DNA from: a virus
Lineage: Duplodnaviria; Caudoviricetes
Reading direction: 5' to 3' (one strand)
Length of the DNA: 62,287 bases
IMG/VR virus record: IMGVR_UViG_3300011115_000373
Span: 1 to 62,287 of that record
The notes under the pieces were generated by a model, which was not told the DNA's origin, did no database searches, and saw only the letters and a program-made list of their open reading frames with translations. The translations under genes were made by a program, and so were the position numbers. Of the stretch, positions 1 to 8,476 are shown piece by piece (within the stretch, counting starts at the first letter, position 1; each line of letters opens with the position of its first letter).

Positions 1-127
1 CGGGCGCGGGTAATAACGGCGGTACAGGCGGCGCAGGCGGTGGCGGCACATATCCAGCGGCAGGCACTGTAAATACTGGCGGGGGTGGCGGCAGTACTTG
101 GAATACAAATCTAGGTAGCTCTGGTGG
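1..127. repeat. Exact 127-bp direct repeat, copy 1 (copy 2 at 55774-55900); closes a ~55,773-bp circle
   Basis: Base-by-base identity, with first mismatch at 128 (c) vs 55901 (t). Confidence 0.95.
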
Positions 128-245
128 CTCTGGCATTGTCATCATCAGCTACGCTGGTGCGCAAAAAGGCACAGGCGGTACAGTTACCTCTTCCGGTGGC
201 AACACCATCCACACGTTCACCTCGTCTGGCACATTTACGGCGTAA
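1..245 (+). CDS. 3' end of glycine-rich tail fibre-associated protein (partial; continues CDS starting 54942 across the circle)
   Basis: Encodes ...SGGSGIVIISYAGAQKGTGGTVTSSGGNTIHTFTSSGTFTA-stop, near-identical to C-terminus of 54942-56018. Confidence 0.85.
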   Translation, partial: GAGNNGGTGGAGGGGTYPAAGTVNTGGGGGSTWNTNLGSSGGSGIVIISYAGAQKGTGGTVTSSGGNTIHTFTSSGTFTA

Positions 246-254
246 GGAAAAATC

Positions 255-596
255 ATGGCACATTTTGCAAAAGTATCAAACGGCGTAGTGGTTCAAGTCA
301 TCGTGGCTGAACCTGAGTTCTTTCAGACGTTTGTGGACACAAGCCCCGGCGAGTGGATTCAGACCAGCTACAACACCAAGGGCGGTGTTCACACCAACGG
401 TGGCACACCCCTGCGCAAGAACTACGCAGGTATCGGTTACACCTACGACCGCACCCGCGATGCGTTCATTCCCCCGCAGCCGTATGCAAGCTGGACGCTG
501 AACGAAGACACTTGCCTGTGGGACGCACCGACGCCAATGCCCACCGAGGGCGGGCCATACGTTTGGAATGAATCTACTCAGTCTTGGGAGGCATAA
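255..596 (+). CDS. Conserved tail-region protein (MAHFAK...WIQTSYN...RKNYAGIG family)
   Basis: AAGGA SD; near-identical paralog at 56027-56368. Confidence 0.85.
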   Translation: MAHFAKVSNGVVVQVIVAEPEFFQTFVDTSPGEWIQTSYNTKGGVHTNGGTPLRKNYAGIGYTYDRTRDAFIPPQPYASWTLNEDTCLWDAPTPMPTEGGPYVWNESTQSWEA

Positions 597-598
597 GC

Positions 599-1213
599 AT
601 GGCAACATCAATTAGCGGAAGCACTGGGGTCACATACCCAGCAGGTGGGGTGGACAACGTGGCTGGCGCAGGTGTCGGCACGACTGACACTCAGACGCTG
701 ACAAACAAGACGTTGGGTTCTGGAACAGTAATGCCAGCGGGGTCTATAGTGCAAGTTGTAAGCACAACTGTGACTGCCGTTGTGACAACGACAGTAAGCA
801 ACAATTCAACTTTTTATGCTATCTCTGGTTTATCTGCGACCATAACCCCAAAAAGTTCTAGCAATAAAATTTTTGCATTAGTTCAATTAGTCGGTTCTGG
901 GACTGATTCATATAGCACTGTTTGTGCTTTTCAATTGTGGAGAGCAGGAAGTCCTGTTGGTCAGGGAAATTCTGCATCTGGGTTTCGTCAAGCATCGGTT
1001 GGTAATATACGGGCATCACTTGATGGCAATTCTGACTACGCCATTGGATGGAATTATCTTGATAGCCCAGCAACAACTTCTGCTACAACATATCAAGTTG
1101 CTTGTACGGCTGAAGGTGGGAATGTGGTAATTAACACGACCTCCGCTAATACATCCGGTATTTATGCTTCTCGTAGTGCTAGCAGTATTACCCTTTTTGA
1201 GGTGGCTGCGTGA
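599..1213 (+). CDS. Tail fibre-associated protein
   Basis: TDTQTLTNKTL, GSIVQVVS and YLDSPATTSATTY motifs typical of phage fibre proteins. Confidence 0.75.
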   Translation: MATSISGSTGVTYPAGGVDNVAGAGVGTTDTQTLTNKTLGSGTVMPAGSIVQVVSTTVTAVVTTTVSNNSTFYAISGLSATITPKSSSNKIFALVQLVGSGTDSYSTVCAFQLWRAGSPVGQGNSASGFRQASVGNIRASLDGNSDYAIGWNYLDSPATTSATTYQVACTAEGGNVVINTTSANTSGIYASRSASSITLFEVAA

Positions 1214-1506
1214 TTAGTTTTGCAACTGCACTTACATCTTTAACCAAAGGTTCCGCTTGGAGTATGGTTAAAGACGATTACGACAATATTGCTTGGTATT
1301 CTGAAGAAATAGAAAAGCCAACGCGGGAAGCTGTTTTTGCAGAACAAGAAAGACTACAAAAAATCGAAGATGCAAATGCATACAAAACCCAACGTGCTTC
1401 TGAATACCCGACCATTGCTGACCAGCTTGACTTGCTGTACCACGGCGGCATGGACGCATGGAAAGCGGCTATCCAAGCTGTCAAAGACAAGTACCCAAAA
1501 GGCTAA
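1210..1506 (+). CDS. Putative tail fibre assembly chaperone
   Basis: C-terminal R..EYP.I.DQLD.LYH...W...I..VK.KYPK motif; overlaps upstream stop. Confidence 0.7.
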   Translation: MISFATALTSLTKGSAWSMVKDDYDNIAWYSEEIEKPTREAVFAEQERLQKIEDANAYKTQRASEYPTIADQLDLLYHGGMDAWKAAIQAVKDKYPKG

Positions 1507-1509
1507 TCC

Positions 1510-1623
1510 ATGAACGACAAAATTGCCATCTCCACCAGCCTGCTGAACGCCGTGCTGGGTTACCTCGGTGACCGCCCCTACAAAGAGGTGTTCCAGTTAA
1601 TTGAGGCCATCCAAAAAGTCTAA
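1510..1623 (+). CDS. Small hypothetical protein, 37 aa (MNDKIAISTSLLNAVLGYLGDRPYKEVFQLIEAIQKV)
   Basis: Read manually; resembles 19868-20065. Confidence 0.55.
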   Translation: MNDKIAISTSLLNAVLGYLGDRPYKEVFQLIEAIQKV

Positions 1624-1648
1624 ACAAATTATTGAATAGGAAATAAAA

Positions 1649-1819
1649 ATGACTGAAACAGAAGCTCGATTGAACAGCCACGAAGCTGTCTGTGCAGAAC
1701 GCTATGATCAAATTAATGCAAGACTAAAACGCCTTGAACAAATCATTATGAATGTAGCAGGTGCTTTGCTAGTAGGCATGGCTGGCGTAGTGTGGACTTT
1801 CCTAACTCATGTTAAATGA
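1649..1819 (+). CDS. Small coiled-coil + single TM protein, 56 aa (lysis cassette)
   Basis: Read manually: MTETEARLNSHEAVCAERYDQINARLKRLEQ + hydrophobic C-terminus; AGGA SD. Confidence 0.7.
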   Translation: MTETEARLNSHEAVCAERYDQINARLKRLEQIIMNVAGALLVGMAGVVWTFLTHVK

Positions 1820-2094
1820 AATGGATAGTCATACTGCTGATACTTGTAGCCCCTATCTATGGAGCTACACCTAAGCCTGTATGTTCTGTTTCTGATTTTG
1901 TTGAGATAGCATATTCTATTAACGACCCTAAAGAAAGAAAAGAAAAAGTAGAGCAGTGGATAAATCAGTATGGTGAGTATTGCTCCAAAGAACAGTTGCT
2001 TACAGTATATAATGGATTGTCCAGTTCTTTAGGCACTTCAGACACAATAAGAATAAGAACAAAGATTGAGTTGTTATATGAGAGGATTAAATAA
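1816..2094 (+). CDS. Hypothetical exported protein
   Basis: N-terminal signal-like hydrophobic stretch; ATGA coupling. Confidence 0.6.
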   Translation: MKWIVILLILVAPIYGATPKPVCSVSDFVEIAYSINDPKERKEKVEQWINQYGEYCSKEQLLTVYNGLSSSLGTSDTIRIRTKIELLYERIK

Positions 2095-2321
2095 TGTCTA
2101 ATGAATCTTGGGTAGCTAAAAATATTCAGCCCATCACTGTATTATTTTTCTTGTTTAGCTATTTTTGTTTTGCTCTTCTTTCTGTTTTTGAATTGGAAAC
2201 CAGAGGAGCTTATGTAGACTTGCTAGGTCAAGCAATGATTATTGTTATAACTGCAATCTTTGCTGGTAAAACTGCTGAGAGAATTGTAGATCTTCGTACT
2301 AATAAACCTAACAAGGATTGA
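2094..2321 (+). CDS. Putative small holin (2 TM)
   Basis: SW..KNI.P + two TM segments; similar to C-terminal half of 57913-58425. Confidence 0.6.
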   Translation: MSNESWVAKNIQPITVLFFLFSYFCFALLSVFELETRGAYVDLLGQAMIIVITAIFAGKTAERIVDLRTNKPNKD

Positions 2322-2323
2322 AT

Positions 2324-2824
2324 ATGGAATGGCTTAAAACCGTTGCTCCCACTATTGCCACTGCGCTGGGTGGCCCACTAGCTGGTATGGCTGTCAGTGC
2401 CGTGGCTAAAGCCATTGGCTGTGAACCTGATGCTGTACAAGACATCATCAGCAGCAACAAACTTACAGCAGAGCAAGTGGCTTCCATTCAATTGGCTGAG
2501 CTTGAGCTTAAGAAACAAGCGCAGTCTATGAACCTAGACTTTGCTAAGCTTACCGCTGAAGATAAGAAGTCTGCTAGAGATATGCAGATTGCAACAAAGT
2601 CGTGGATTCCTCCTGTGTTGGCTGTGAGCGTGACAATTGGTTTCTTTGGCATCTTGGTTGGGCTGATGTATGGGCAGATCCAGCATGCTCCACAGATTGA
2701 TATAATGCTGGGTGCTTTAGGAACTGCTTGGACAGGCATTATCAGTTTCTACTTTGGGTCTTCTGCAAGCAGCCAAGCTAAGAATGAATTGCTATATAAA
2801 TCTGTACCGACAGAGAAATCTTGA
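2324..2824 (+). CDS. Putative holin
   Basis: APTIATALGGPLAG N-terminus, D..SAR.MQ, two TM helices ending FYFGSS. Confidence 0.7.
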   Translation: MEWLKTVAPTIATALGGPLAGMAVSAVAKAIGCEPDAVQDIISSNKLTAEQVASIQLAELELKKQAQSMNLDFAKLTAEDKKSARDMQIATKSWIPPVLAVSVTIGFFGILVGLMYGQIQHAPQIDIMLGALGTAWTGIISFYFGSSASSQAKNELLYKSVPTEKS

Positions 2825-2841
2825 TATTTAAGGATATAACT

Positions 2842-3240
2842 ATGTTAGTTAAAAAACCCACAGCACAACGCACTGGCCCAAGTGATGCTGGTCAGCTTGT
2901 TGCCACCTTGTTTTTGAGTAGAGAAATTGCACATAGAGAACACTTGTTCACAGACAGTTTCTCTGTACATAAATCGCTGGAAGAGTTTTATAACGCCATT
3001 GTGGAGATAGCAGATACGATTACTGAGGCATATCAAGGACGCTGTGGTGAGCCTATTAATATTCCTATTCTCTCAGAAGAGGGTAAAGGCTCTATCAAAG
3101 ATAGACTTCAAAGCCACCTAGCTTCTATTGAGGCTATGCGGTATACAGCAATTGACAAAGAAGACACTGCTCTTCAGAACCTTGTTGATGAAGCAGTTAA
3201 AGAATACCTAACCATTAACGATAAGCTGAGAAGAACCTGA
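2842..3240 (+). CDS. Ferritin/Dps-like four-helix protein
   Basis: H-x-x-H...H..L.EFY......D...EAYQG pattern; AAGGA SD before ATG 2842. Confidence 0.6.
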   Translation: MLVKKPTAQRTGPSDAGQLVATLFLSREIAHREHLFTDSFSVHKSLEEFYNAIVEIADTITEAYQGRCGEPINIPILSEEGKGSIKDRLQSHLASIEAMRYTAIDKEDTALQNLVDEAVKEYLTINDKLRRT

Positions 3241-3767
3241 TGAAGTTAAATTTTGATAAAGCCTTTGACTTGGTTATGAAGTCGGAGGGTGGATATGTTA
3301 ATGACCCTGCCGACCCCGGTGGGGAAACTAACTTGGGAGTTACTAAAGCAGCTTGGATGTCTTATCTTGGTGTGAAAGAACTTCCTGTCAATGCTATGCG
3401 TGAATTGACAAAAGAAAAGGTTAAGCCCTTTTACAAGAAGATGTATTGGGATAAGGTATGTGGAGACGACCTTCCGTCAGGCATTGACTATCTAGCCTTT
3501 GACTTTGCTGTCAACGCTGGCACTGGACAAGCTGCTAAGTTTATTCAGCGGGCTGTTGGTGCTGTGGCAGATGGTGCTATTGGCCCAGCCACAATGGAAA
3601 AAGTAATTAGGACAGCTTCAGTGGACTTGTTGATTAGCTTTAGTACACAGAAAGAAAACTTCTACAAAGACATTGCAGCTAGAAAACCAACTCAAGCTAA
3701 ATTTTTAAATGGCTGGTTAATTAGAACAGCCTCTGTCGAGAAGGCAGCTAGAACAATGCTTGTGTAA
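3240..3767 (+). CDS. Endolysin, glycoside hydrolase family 108 with peptidoglycan-binding C-terminus
   Basis: EGGYVNDPADPGGETNLGVT catalytic motif, FDFAVNAG, DG.IGP.T, F..GW..R. Confidence 0.9.
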   Translation: MKLNFDKAFDLVMKSEGGYVNDPADPGGETNLGVTKAAWMSYLGVKELPVNAMRELTKEKVKPFYKKMYWDKVCGDDLPSGIDYLAFDFAVNAGTGQAAKFIQRAVGAVADGAIGPATMEKVIRTASVDLLISFSTQKENFYKDIAARKPTQAKFLNGWLIRTASVEKAARTMLV

Positions 3768-3788
3768 TTTATATAGGATGACTAGATA

Positions 3789-5630
3789 ATGAAAGAAACT
3801 TTCACAGAACAACAGAGGGAGATTGTAGCTCGTAAGATGGGCTATGATGGCCCTATGCAGATGTTTGATGAATATCTAGCATCCACTCCTGCTGACGCTA
3901 CTAAGTATGCTGCCATCACTTCTAAATATGTGACTAAGATGGCTACTGGCGGCTTGGCTCAGATTGATAATAGCACTACAGACCAACCCCCAGTAACCGA
4001 TGGTTCTGATGCTACCCCTGTTACACCAACAGCCACAGTTGTTATCCCTGCTACAACAACACCTACTGAGGGTATGCAGCCTACAGCAACTACAGCAGCT
4101 ACAGCAGCCCCCGTAACAGCAGCAACCACCGCCCCTACCGAAGTTAAAACTGTAGCAGCACCCACGCCTGTACAAGGTACGGAGATCGCTGCCACTACAT
4201 CACAGGCCGCTGTTCAAGCAGAGCTAGATAAGACAAAGGCTGTACAAGGTACAGTGTCTGAAAAAGGACAAGCTACGGCTGCTACAGTAGAACCAACATC
4301 TACTGCTGTTAGTGGTATCCAAGCAGCGCAAGGTACTGCTGCCCAAACCGTAGCCCCAGTAGAAAGAACTATTCAAGCCGGTGAACTGGTTAGTGGCACT
4401 GCTGTTGATCAAGCTAAGGTGAGTGAGGCACTAGCGCAGAATGTAGCAGCACAAGGCACTGTCACTGAAGACATGACCACCTCTGGTCAGCTTAATAAGC
4501 TGATGGCATCGTTTGATGCTGGCGCTCCTCCTCCGTGGGCAGCAGCGTCAATGCGCTCTGTTACAGCACAGCTTGCAGCTAGAGGATTGGGAGCTTCCAG
4601 CTTGGCTGGACAAGCCATCATTCAAGCCGCCCTTGAATCAGCAGTTCCTATTGCTAACGCTGACGCTAAAGTGTACACAGAGATGGGCCTAACTAACTTG
4701 TCTAACAGACAAGCTATGGCTATTGAAACAGCTAAGCAAAGAGCAGCCTTTCTTGGGCAGGAGTTTGATCAAGGCTTTCAAACAAAGGTATTAAATGCCG
4801 CAAAGATTGCTGATGTTGCTAACAAGAACTTTGAAGCTAGTGTAACCATTGCACTAGAGAATTCAAGGCTAGCTAATAGCATGAACATTGCCAACCTATC
4901 GGCAAAGAATGCTCTTGTTCTAGCTGATGCCGCACAGATTGCTACGTTGGAAACAGCCAACCTGAATAATAGACAGCAAGTGGCTGTAGAGAATGCTAAA
5001 GCTTTCTTGGCTATGGATTTGAAGAATACAGACATTGCCAGCCAAACTAATCTAATCAAGGCACAGACAATTGCTAACACCATTGTTAGTGATACTGCTG
5101 CACAGAATGCAGCTAAGGCTACTAACGCATCTAATGCTTTGGAAGCAGATAAGATTAATGCTACTCTTGCTCTCACCGCTTCTCAGTATAACGCCTCTGA
5201 ACAGAACAAAGTATTAACTGCTAATAACTTGGCTGTTAATGAGATTGCTAAGTTTAACGCTAGCGAGACAAACAAGCGAGAAGAGTTTAATGCTACAATG
5301 TCTAATCAAATTAATGTTGCTAACGCTAAACTGCTGGCTGATATTTCCACTGCTAACACAAGAGAAACAAATGCAGCTAACGCTGTGAATGCAAAGAATG
5401 CTACAGACCTGTCGGCATCCACTTACTCTCAGCAGATGCAGACCTATCGTGATTTGTTGGAACTCTCCTATAAAGCAGGAGAGAACGATAAGGATAGGTT
5501 AACTCAGATAGCAACAGCCACTATCACTGCCAATGCAAGTAAGACAGCAGCAGAAATTAAAGCAAATGGCGACAGTGCTGCTGCTTGGGGTAAGCTTGCT
5601 TTTGATGTTTATAAAGCTTGGGGCTTCTAA
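3789..5630 (+). CDS. Putative internal virion / ejection protein
   Basis: 613 aa, Ala/Thr/Asn/Gln-rich helical; position after lysis genes in late arm. Confidence 0.65.
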   Translation: MKETFTEQQREIVARKMGYDGPMQMFDEYLASTPADATKYAAITSKYVTKMATGGLAQIDNSTTDQPPVTDGSDATPVTPTATVVIPATTTPTEGMQPTATTAATAAPVTAATTAPTEVKTVAAPTPVQGTEIAATTSQAAVQAELDKTKAVQGTVSEKGQATAATVEPTSTAVSGIQAAQGTAAQTVAPVERTIQAGELVSGTAVDQAKVSEALAQNVAAQGTVTEDMTTSGQLNKLMASFDAGAPPPWAAASMRSVTAQLAARGLGASSLAGQAIIQAALESAVPIANADAKVYTEMGLTNLSNRQAMAIETAKQRAAFLGQEFDQGFQTKVLNAAKIADVANKNFEASVTIALENSRLANSMNIANLSAKNALVLADAAQIATLETANLNNRQQVAVENAKAFLAMDLKNTDIASQTNLIKAQTIANTIVSDTAAQNAAKATNASNALEADKINATLALTASQYNASEQNKVLTANNLAVNEIAKFNASETNKREEFNATMSNQINVANAKLLADISTANTRETNAANAVNAKNATDLSASTYSQQMQTYRDLLELSYKAGENDKDRLTQIATATITANASKTAAEIKANGDSAAAWGKLAFDVYKAWGF

Positions 5631-5633
5631 ATT

Positions 5634-5849
5634 ATGCAACAGATTAAAAACTATTTCAAGAAGATTGAAGCTGTCTTGGAGAAGAGAAAGTTTTCTCCTA
5701 AGAAGAAATCATCTAAGTCTAAGGGACTACTGGCTGCTCCTTCTTCTGTAGCAAAGACAGAGAAAGAAGACCCAACACTTAAGATGGTGGCAGACTACAT
5801 CGAAGGCATTAGAGAAACAAGACAGGAGATCCTAGATGGCAACAAATGA
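5634..5849 (+). CDS. Hypothetical protein
   Basis: 71-aa ORF filling gap, coupled to next gene. Confidence 0.6.
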   Translation: MQQIKNYFKKIEAVLEKRKFSPKKKSSKSKGLLAAPSSVAKTEKEDPTLKMVADYIEGIRETRQEILDGNK

Positions 5850-6339
5850 ACTAACTGCTGGACAGGTATTACAACCTATTCCAGCCGGTATCTCTTGGAC
5901 TGCTCCAGATAAAAGCAGAGCATGGCAGAATCCTCCTAAGTTTACAAAGCTTTCTGATGTAGCTAATAACTACGTTACTATGCTGTCTTCTAAGCAGATG
6001 GCTAACAGTGTGTTGGATGCTCTGGATACTAAGGCTCCTCTAGCTTCTTTGGCTGAGGCCATTATGCTTAGTGGTGTACAGAAGGGCGCTCATACTTTGG
6101 ATACTGGTATCCTTGTTATGCCCATCATTATTGAGATGTTGAAGACAGTGGCTATGCTACACGACATCAAAACTGTTACATATTCTGAGGAATATGATGA
6201 CATGCGTGTTATACCTACTAGAGCAGTTAAGATGGCTCTGGCTAGTAAGATGGAAATGCCAACAGAAGATATGTCTTCTCTCCCTGCTCCAGAACCTAAG
6301 GCAGGACTAATGCAGCGCAAAACTAAAGTAGAGGCTTAA
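5836..6339 (+). CDS. Conserved hypothetical virion-region protein
   Basis: PIP.G.S.T.....W..PP motif; AGGAG SD. Confidence 0.7.
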   Translation: MATNELTAGQVLQPIPAGISWTAPDKSRAWQNPPKFTKLSDVANNYVTMLSSKQMANSVLDALDTKAPLASLAEAIMLSGVQKGAHTLDTGILVMPIIIEMLKTVAMLHDIKTVTYSEEYDDMRVIPTRAVKMALASKMEMPTEDMSSLPAPEPKAGLMQRKTKVEA

Positions 6340-6340
6340 C

Positions 6341-8476
6341 ATGGATTTTGATTGGACATCTTTCGGTACTGGTTTTGCTAAAGCTGCCAGCGAGAACTTC
6401 TCTAAGGAAGAAGAGGATGCAAAGGCATTAGCTGCTGCTCATGTTAAATCTATGTACGATAACTACGCAACCGTAGTAAAAGAAAATAGAACACTCTCTA
6501 ATGACATCAAAGAGAAAATCAATGTTATCAAAGGCTTTGCTCCTAACGCCTCAGACGATCAGTTGGTAGCACTGGCTAAGGATAGAGGCATCCTAGATAT
6601 GCTGTCTACTAGACTCAAAGAGAAAGACTTTGATCCAACAGGCTTTGATATTAATAACTTTGTTAAGGTGGCTAAGTCTGATTCGCCTCTGTCGGCTGAA
6701 TCACGGATTGATCAACTCTTCACTATCCCATCTGCTATTAACTCAGCTTCCTCTGGGTTTAAATCTATTACTCCTGAGGGTGAAGTTAAAGAAGGCCCAA
6801 GCTTCCTGTCCAACTTCTCTCTTACTGATATGGCTAAGCGCGGTGCAGAGAAGCAAGCTAAGACCAGTGCTGAACAAACTGCTGCTGCCTTGGGTGTTCC
6901 TTTGGATAAACTACAGGGAGCAATGGGATACAGAAGAGGTACATCTGCATCAGGCGCAGAGTACGATTTGGTTGCACTGAAACCCGGTAAGACTTTGGAG
7001 CAGAGCATTGATGATGCTGCTGTTAAGTTGGCTGCTGCTCAGAAGAAAGGCGATCCAAAGGACATCGAACTGGCTAAGGCTAATGTTGAAAACCTAACTT
7101 CTGTTAAACAATCGCTGAGCGATCCTCAGCAGAAGTGGCTTAACAAAGTTGCTACGCTTAAAGATAAGCAGCTTAACGGCACTACAACAGAAAAGGCTGA
7201 TGCCACTAAGCAGCTAGATGCTCTCTATGCAGAAGAGAAGAGAGCCGCCGAAGCTAAGCAAATGCCTAAAGAGAAGAGAGACAATCTCATTGCCGAGTAT
7301 GAAACAAAGGCGGCTAATGGTGATAAAGAAGCTCTGGCTTGGCTGCTGAATGAAGCTGGTGTTCAGGCTAAAGTATCTGAGGCTAAGCAGACAACTACAC
7401 AACAGCGTGACAATTATCTTGCCGACTTAGACCTTACGGCTAAGGGACAGCGTGGTACACCAGCAGATCAAGAAGCGGCTAAGGCAAAGCTTGTTGAGAT
7501 GAAGAAGCTTGATAAGCTTGTTGCAGAAGCTGGGCAGACTGATACACAGGCGAGAGAGAATAGGCTTGCTGCGTTGAGAACCAAAGCAGATGGTGGTGAT
7601 CTTGAAGCTAAGAATGAACTGCTGCAAGTGGCGGCTATTGATAAAGCCATTACAGAAGCTAAAGAAACCCCTGCTCAACAGCTTACTAACAAGAAGGCTG
7701 AGCTAACCAGTAAAGCTGCTGCCGGTGACAAAGCTGCTGAGAAGGAGTTACAGACATTCTTCGCTATAGAGGGACAAGAAGCCCGCGCTAAAGAAGGAGA
7801 TGTTGCACAGCGAAACAATCGCCTTGCGGTTTTGCAAACTACCATCACTACTTCTAAGGATCCGAAGGAAGTTGCAACAGCCAAAACACAGATGGCTAAG
7901 GAACTTAAGCTCATTGCTGACGAAGCTAGAGCTAGACATGTACCTCCATCTGCTTCAGATAAAGTGCCAAGCTTGGGAGCCTTGAATAGCTTTGTTGCTG
8001 TTAGCGTTGCTCAGGCAGTGCAGAATACGCATGGCAATTTGAAGAACGATATGGCTATCGTGAGTAAGCCTAATGGTGATGGAACATTCTATCAGGACTA
8101 CGACTACATTGGAACTGATCCAGAACTAAGAAAACAAGTTACAGCTACTAAAGCTGCGGCTGCTAAAAAAGCGTTGTCTGTATATACAGATAATAATGGC
8201 GCACCGCTAGATAGAAATGTTCAGGCTGTTATGAATGTCTGGACAGGCTCTGCCACACCACCAGCAAAAGCAGGTGGACTAGGGTCTAGATCAGAGGCTG
8301 CACCAGCACCAGCACCAGCAGCAGCGGCAGCGGCTACTTCTAACACCACCACTACAGGATCTGGAGCCAGCACTGTAGTCATTGTCACTGACAAGGAAGG
8401 AAAGCAATTTAAATTTGAAGGTGCAGATGCAGCTAGAAGAGCCGCAGGGTTCAAGGAAGCAAAAGGACTTAAATAA
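6341..8476 (+). CDS. Putative internal virion protein with helical repeats
   Basis: 711 aa; repeated R.N..A.L.TKA..GD.EA units. Confidence 0.65.
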   Translation: MDFDWTSFGTGFAKAASENFSKEEEDAKALAAAHVKSMYDNYATVVKENRTLSNDIKEKINVIKGFAPNASDDQLVALAKDRGILDMLSTRLKEKDFDPTGFDINNFVKVAKSDSPLSAESRIDQLFTIPSAINSASSGFKSITPEGEVKEGPSFLSNFSLTDMAKRGAEKQAKTSAEQTAAALGVPLDKLQGAMGYRRGTSASGAEYDLVALKPGKTLEQSIDDAAVKLAAAQKKGDPKDIELAKANVENLTSVKQSLSDPQQKWLNKVATLKDKQLNGTTTEKADATKQLDALYAEEKRAAEAKQMPKEKRDNLIAEYETKAANGDKEALAWLLNEAGVQAKVSEAKQTTTQQRDNYLADLDLTAKGQRGTPADQEAAKAKLVEMKKLDKLVAEAGQTDTQARENRLAALRTKADGGDLEAKNELLQVAAIDKAITEAKETPAQQLTNKKAELTSKAAAGDKAAEKELQTFFAIEGQEARAKEGDVAQRNNRLAVLQTTITTSKDPKEVATAKTQMAKELKLIADEARARHVPPSASDKVPSLGALNSFVAVSVAQAVQNTHGNLKNDMAIVSKPNGDGTFYQDYDYIGTDPELRKQVTATKAAAAKKALSVYTDNNGAPLDRNVQAVMNVWTGSATPPAKAGGLGSRSEAAPAPAPAAAAAATSNTTTTGSGASTVVIVTDKEGKQFKFEGADAARRAAGFKEAKGLK

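Noticed and set aside
1-596. Repeat pair 1-596 / 55774-56368 as DGR template and variable region, or as physical terminal repeats
   Set aside because: No reverse transcriptase; differences are mostly synonymous and not adenine-specific; exact part is 127 bp in mid-gene, consistent with an assembly k-mer
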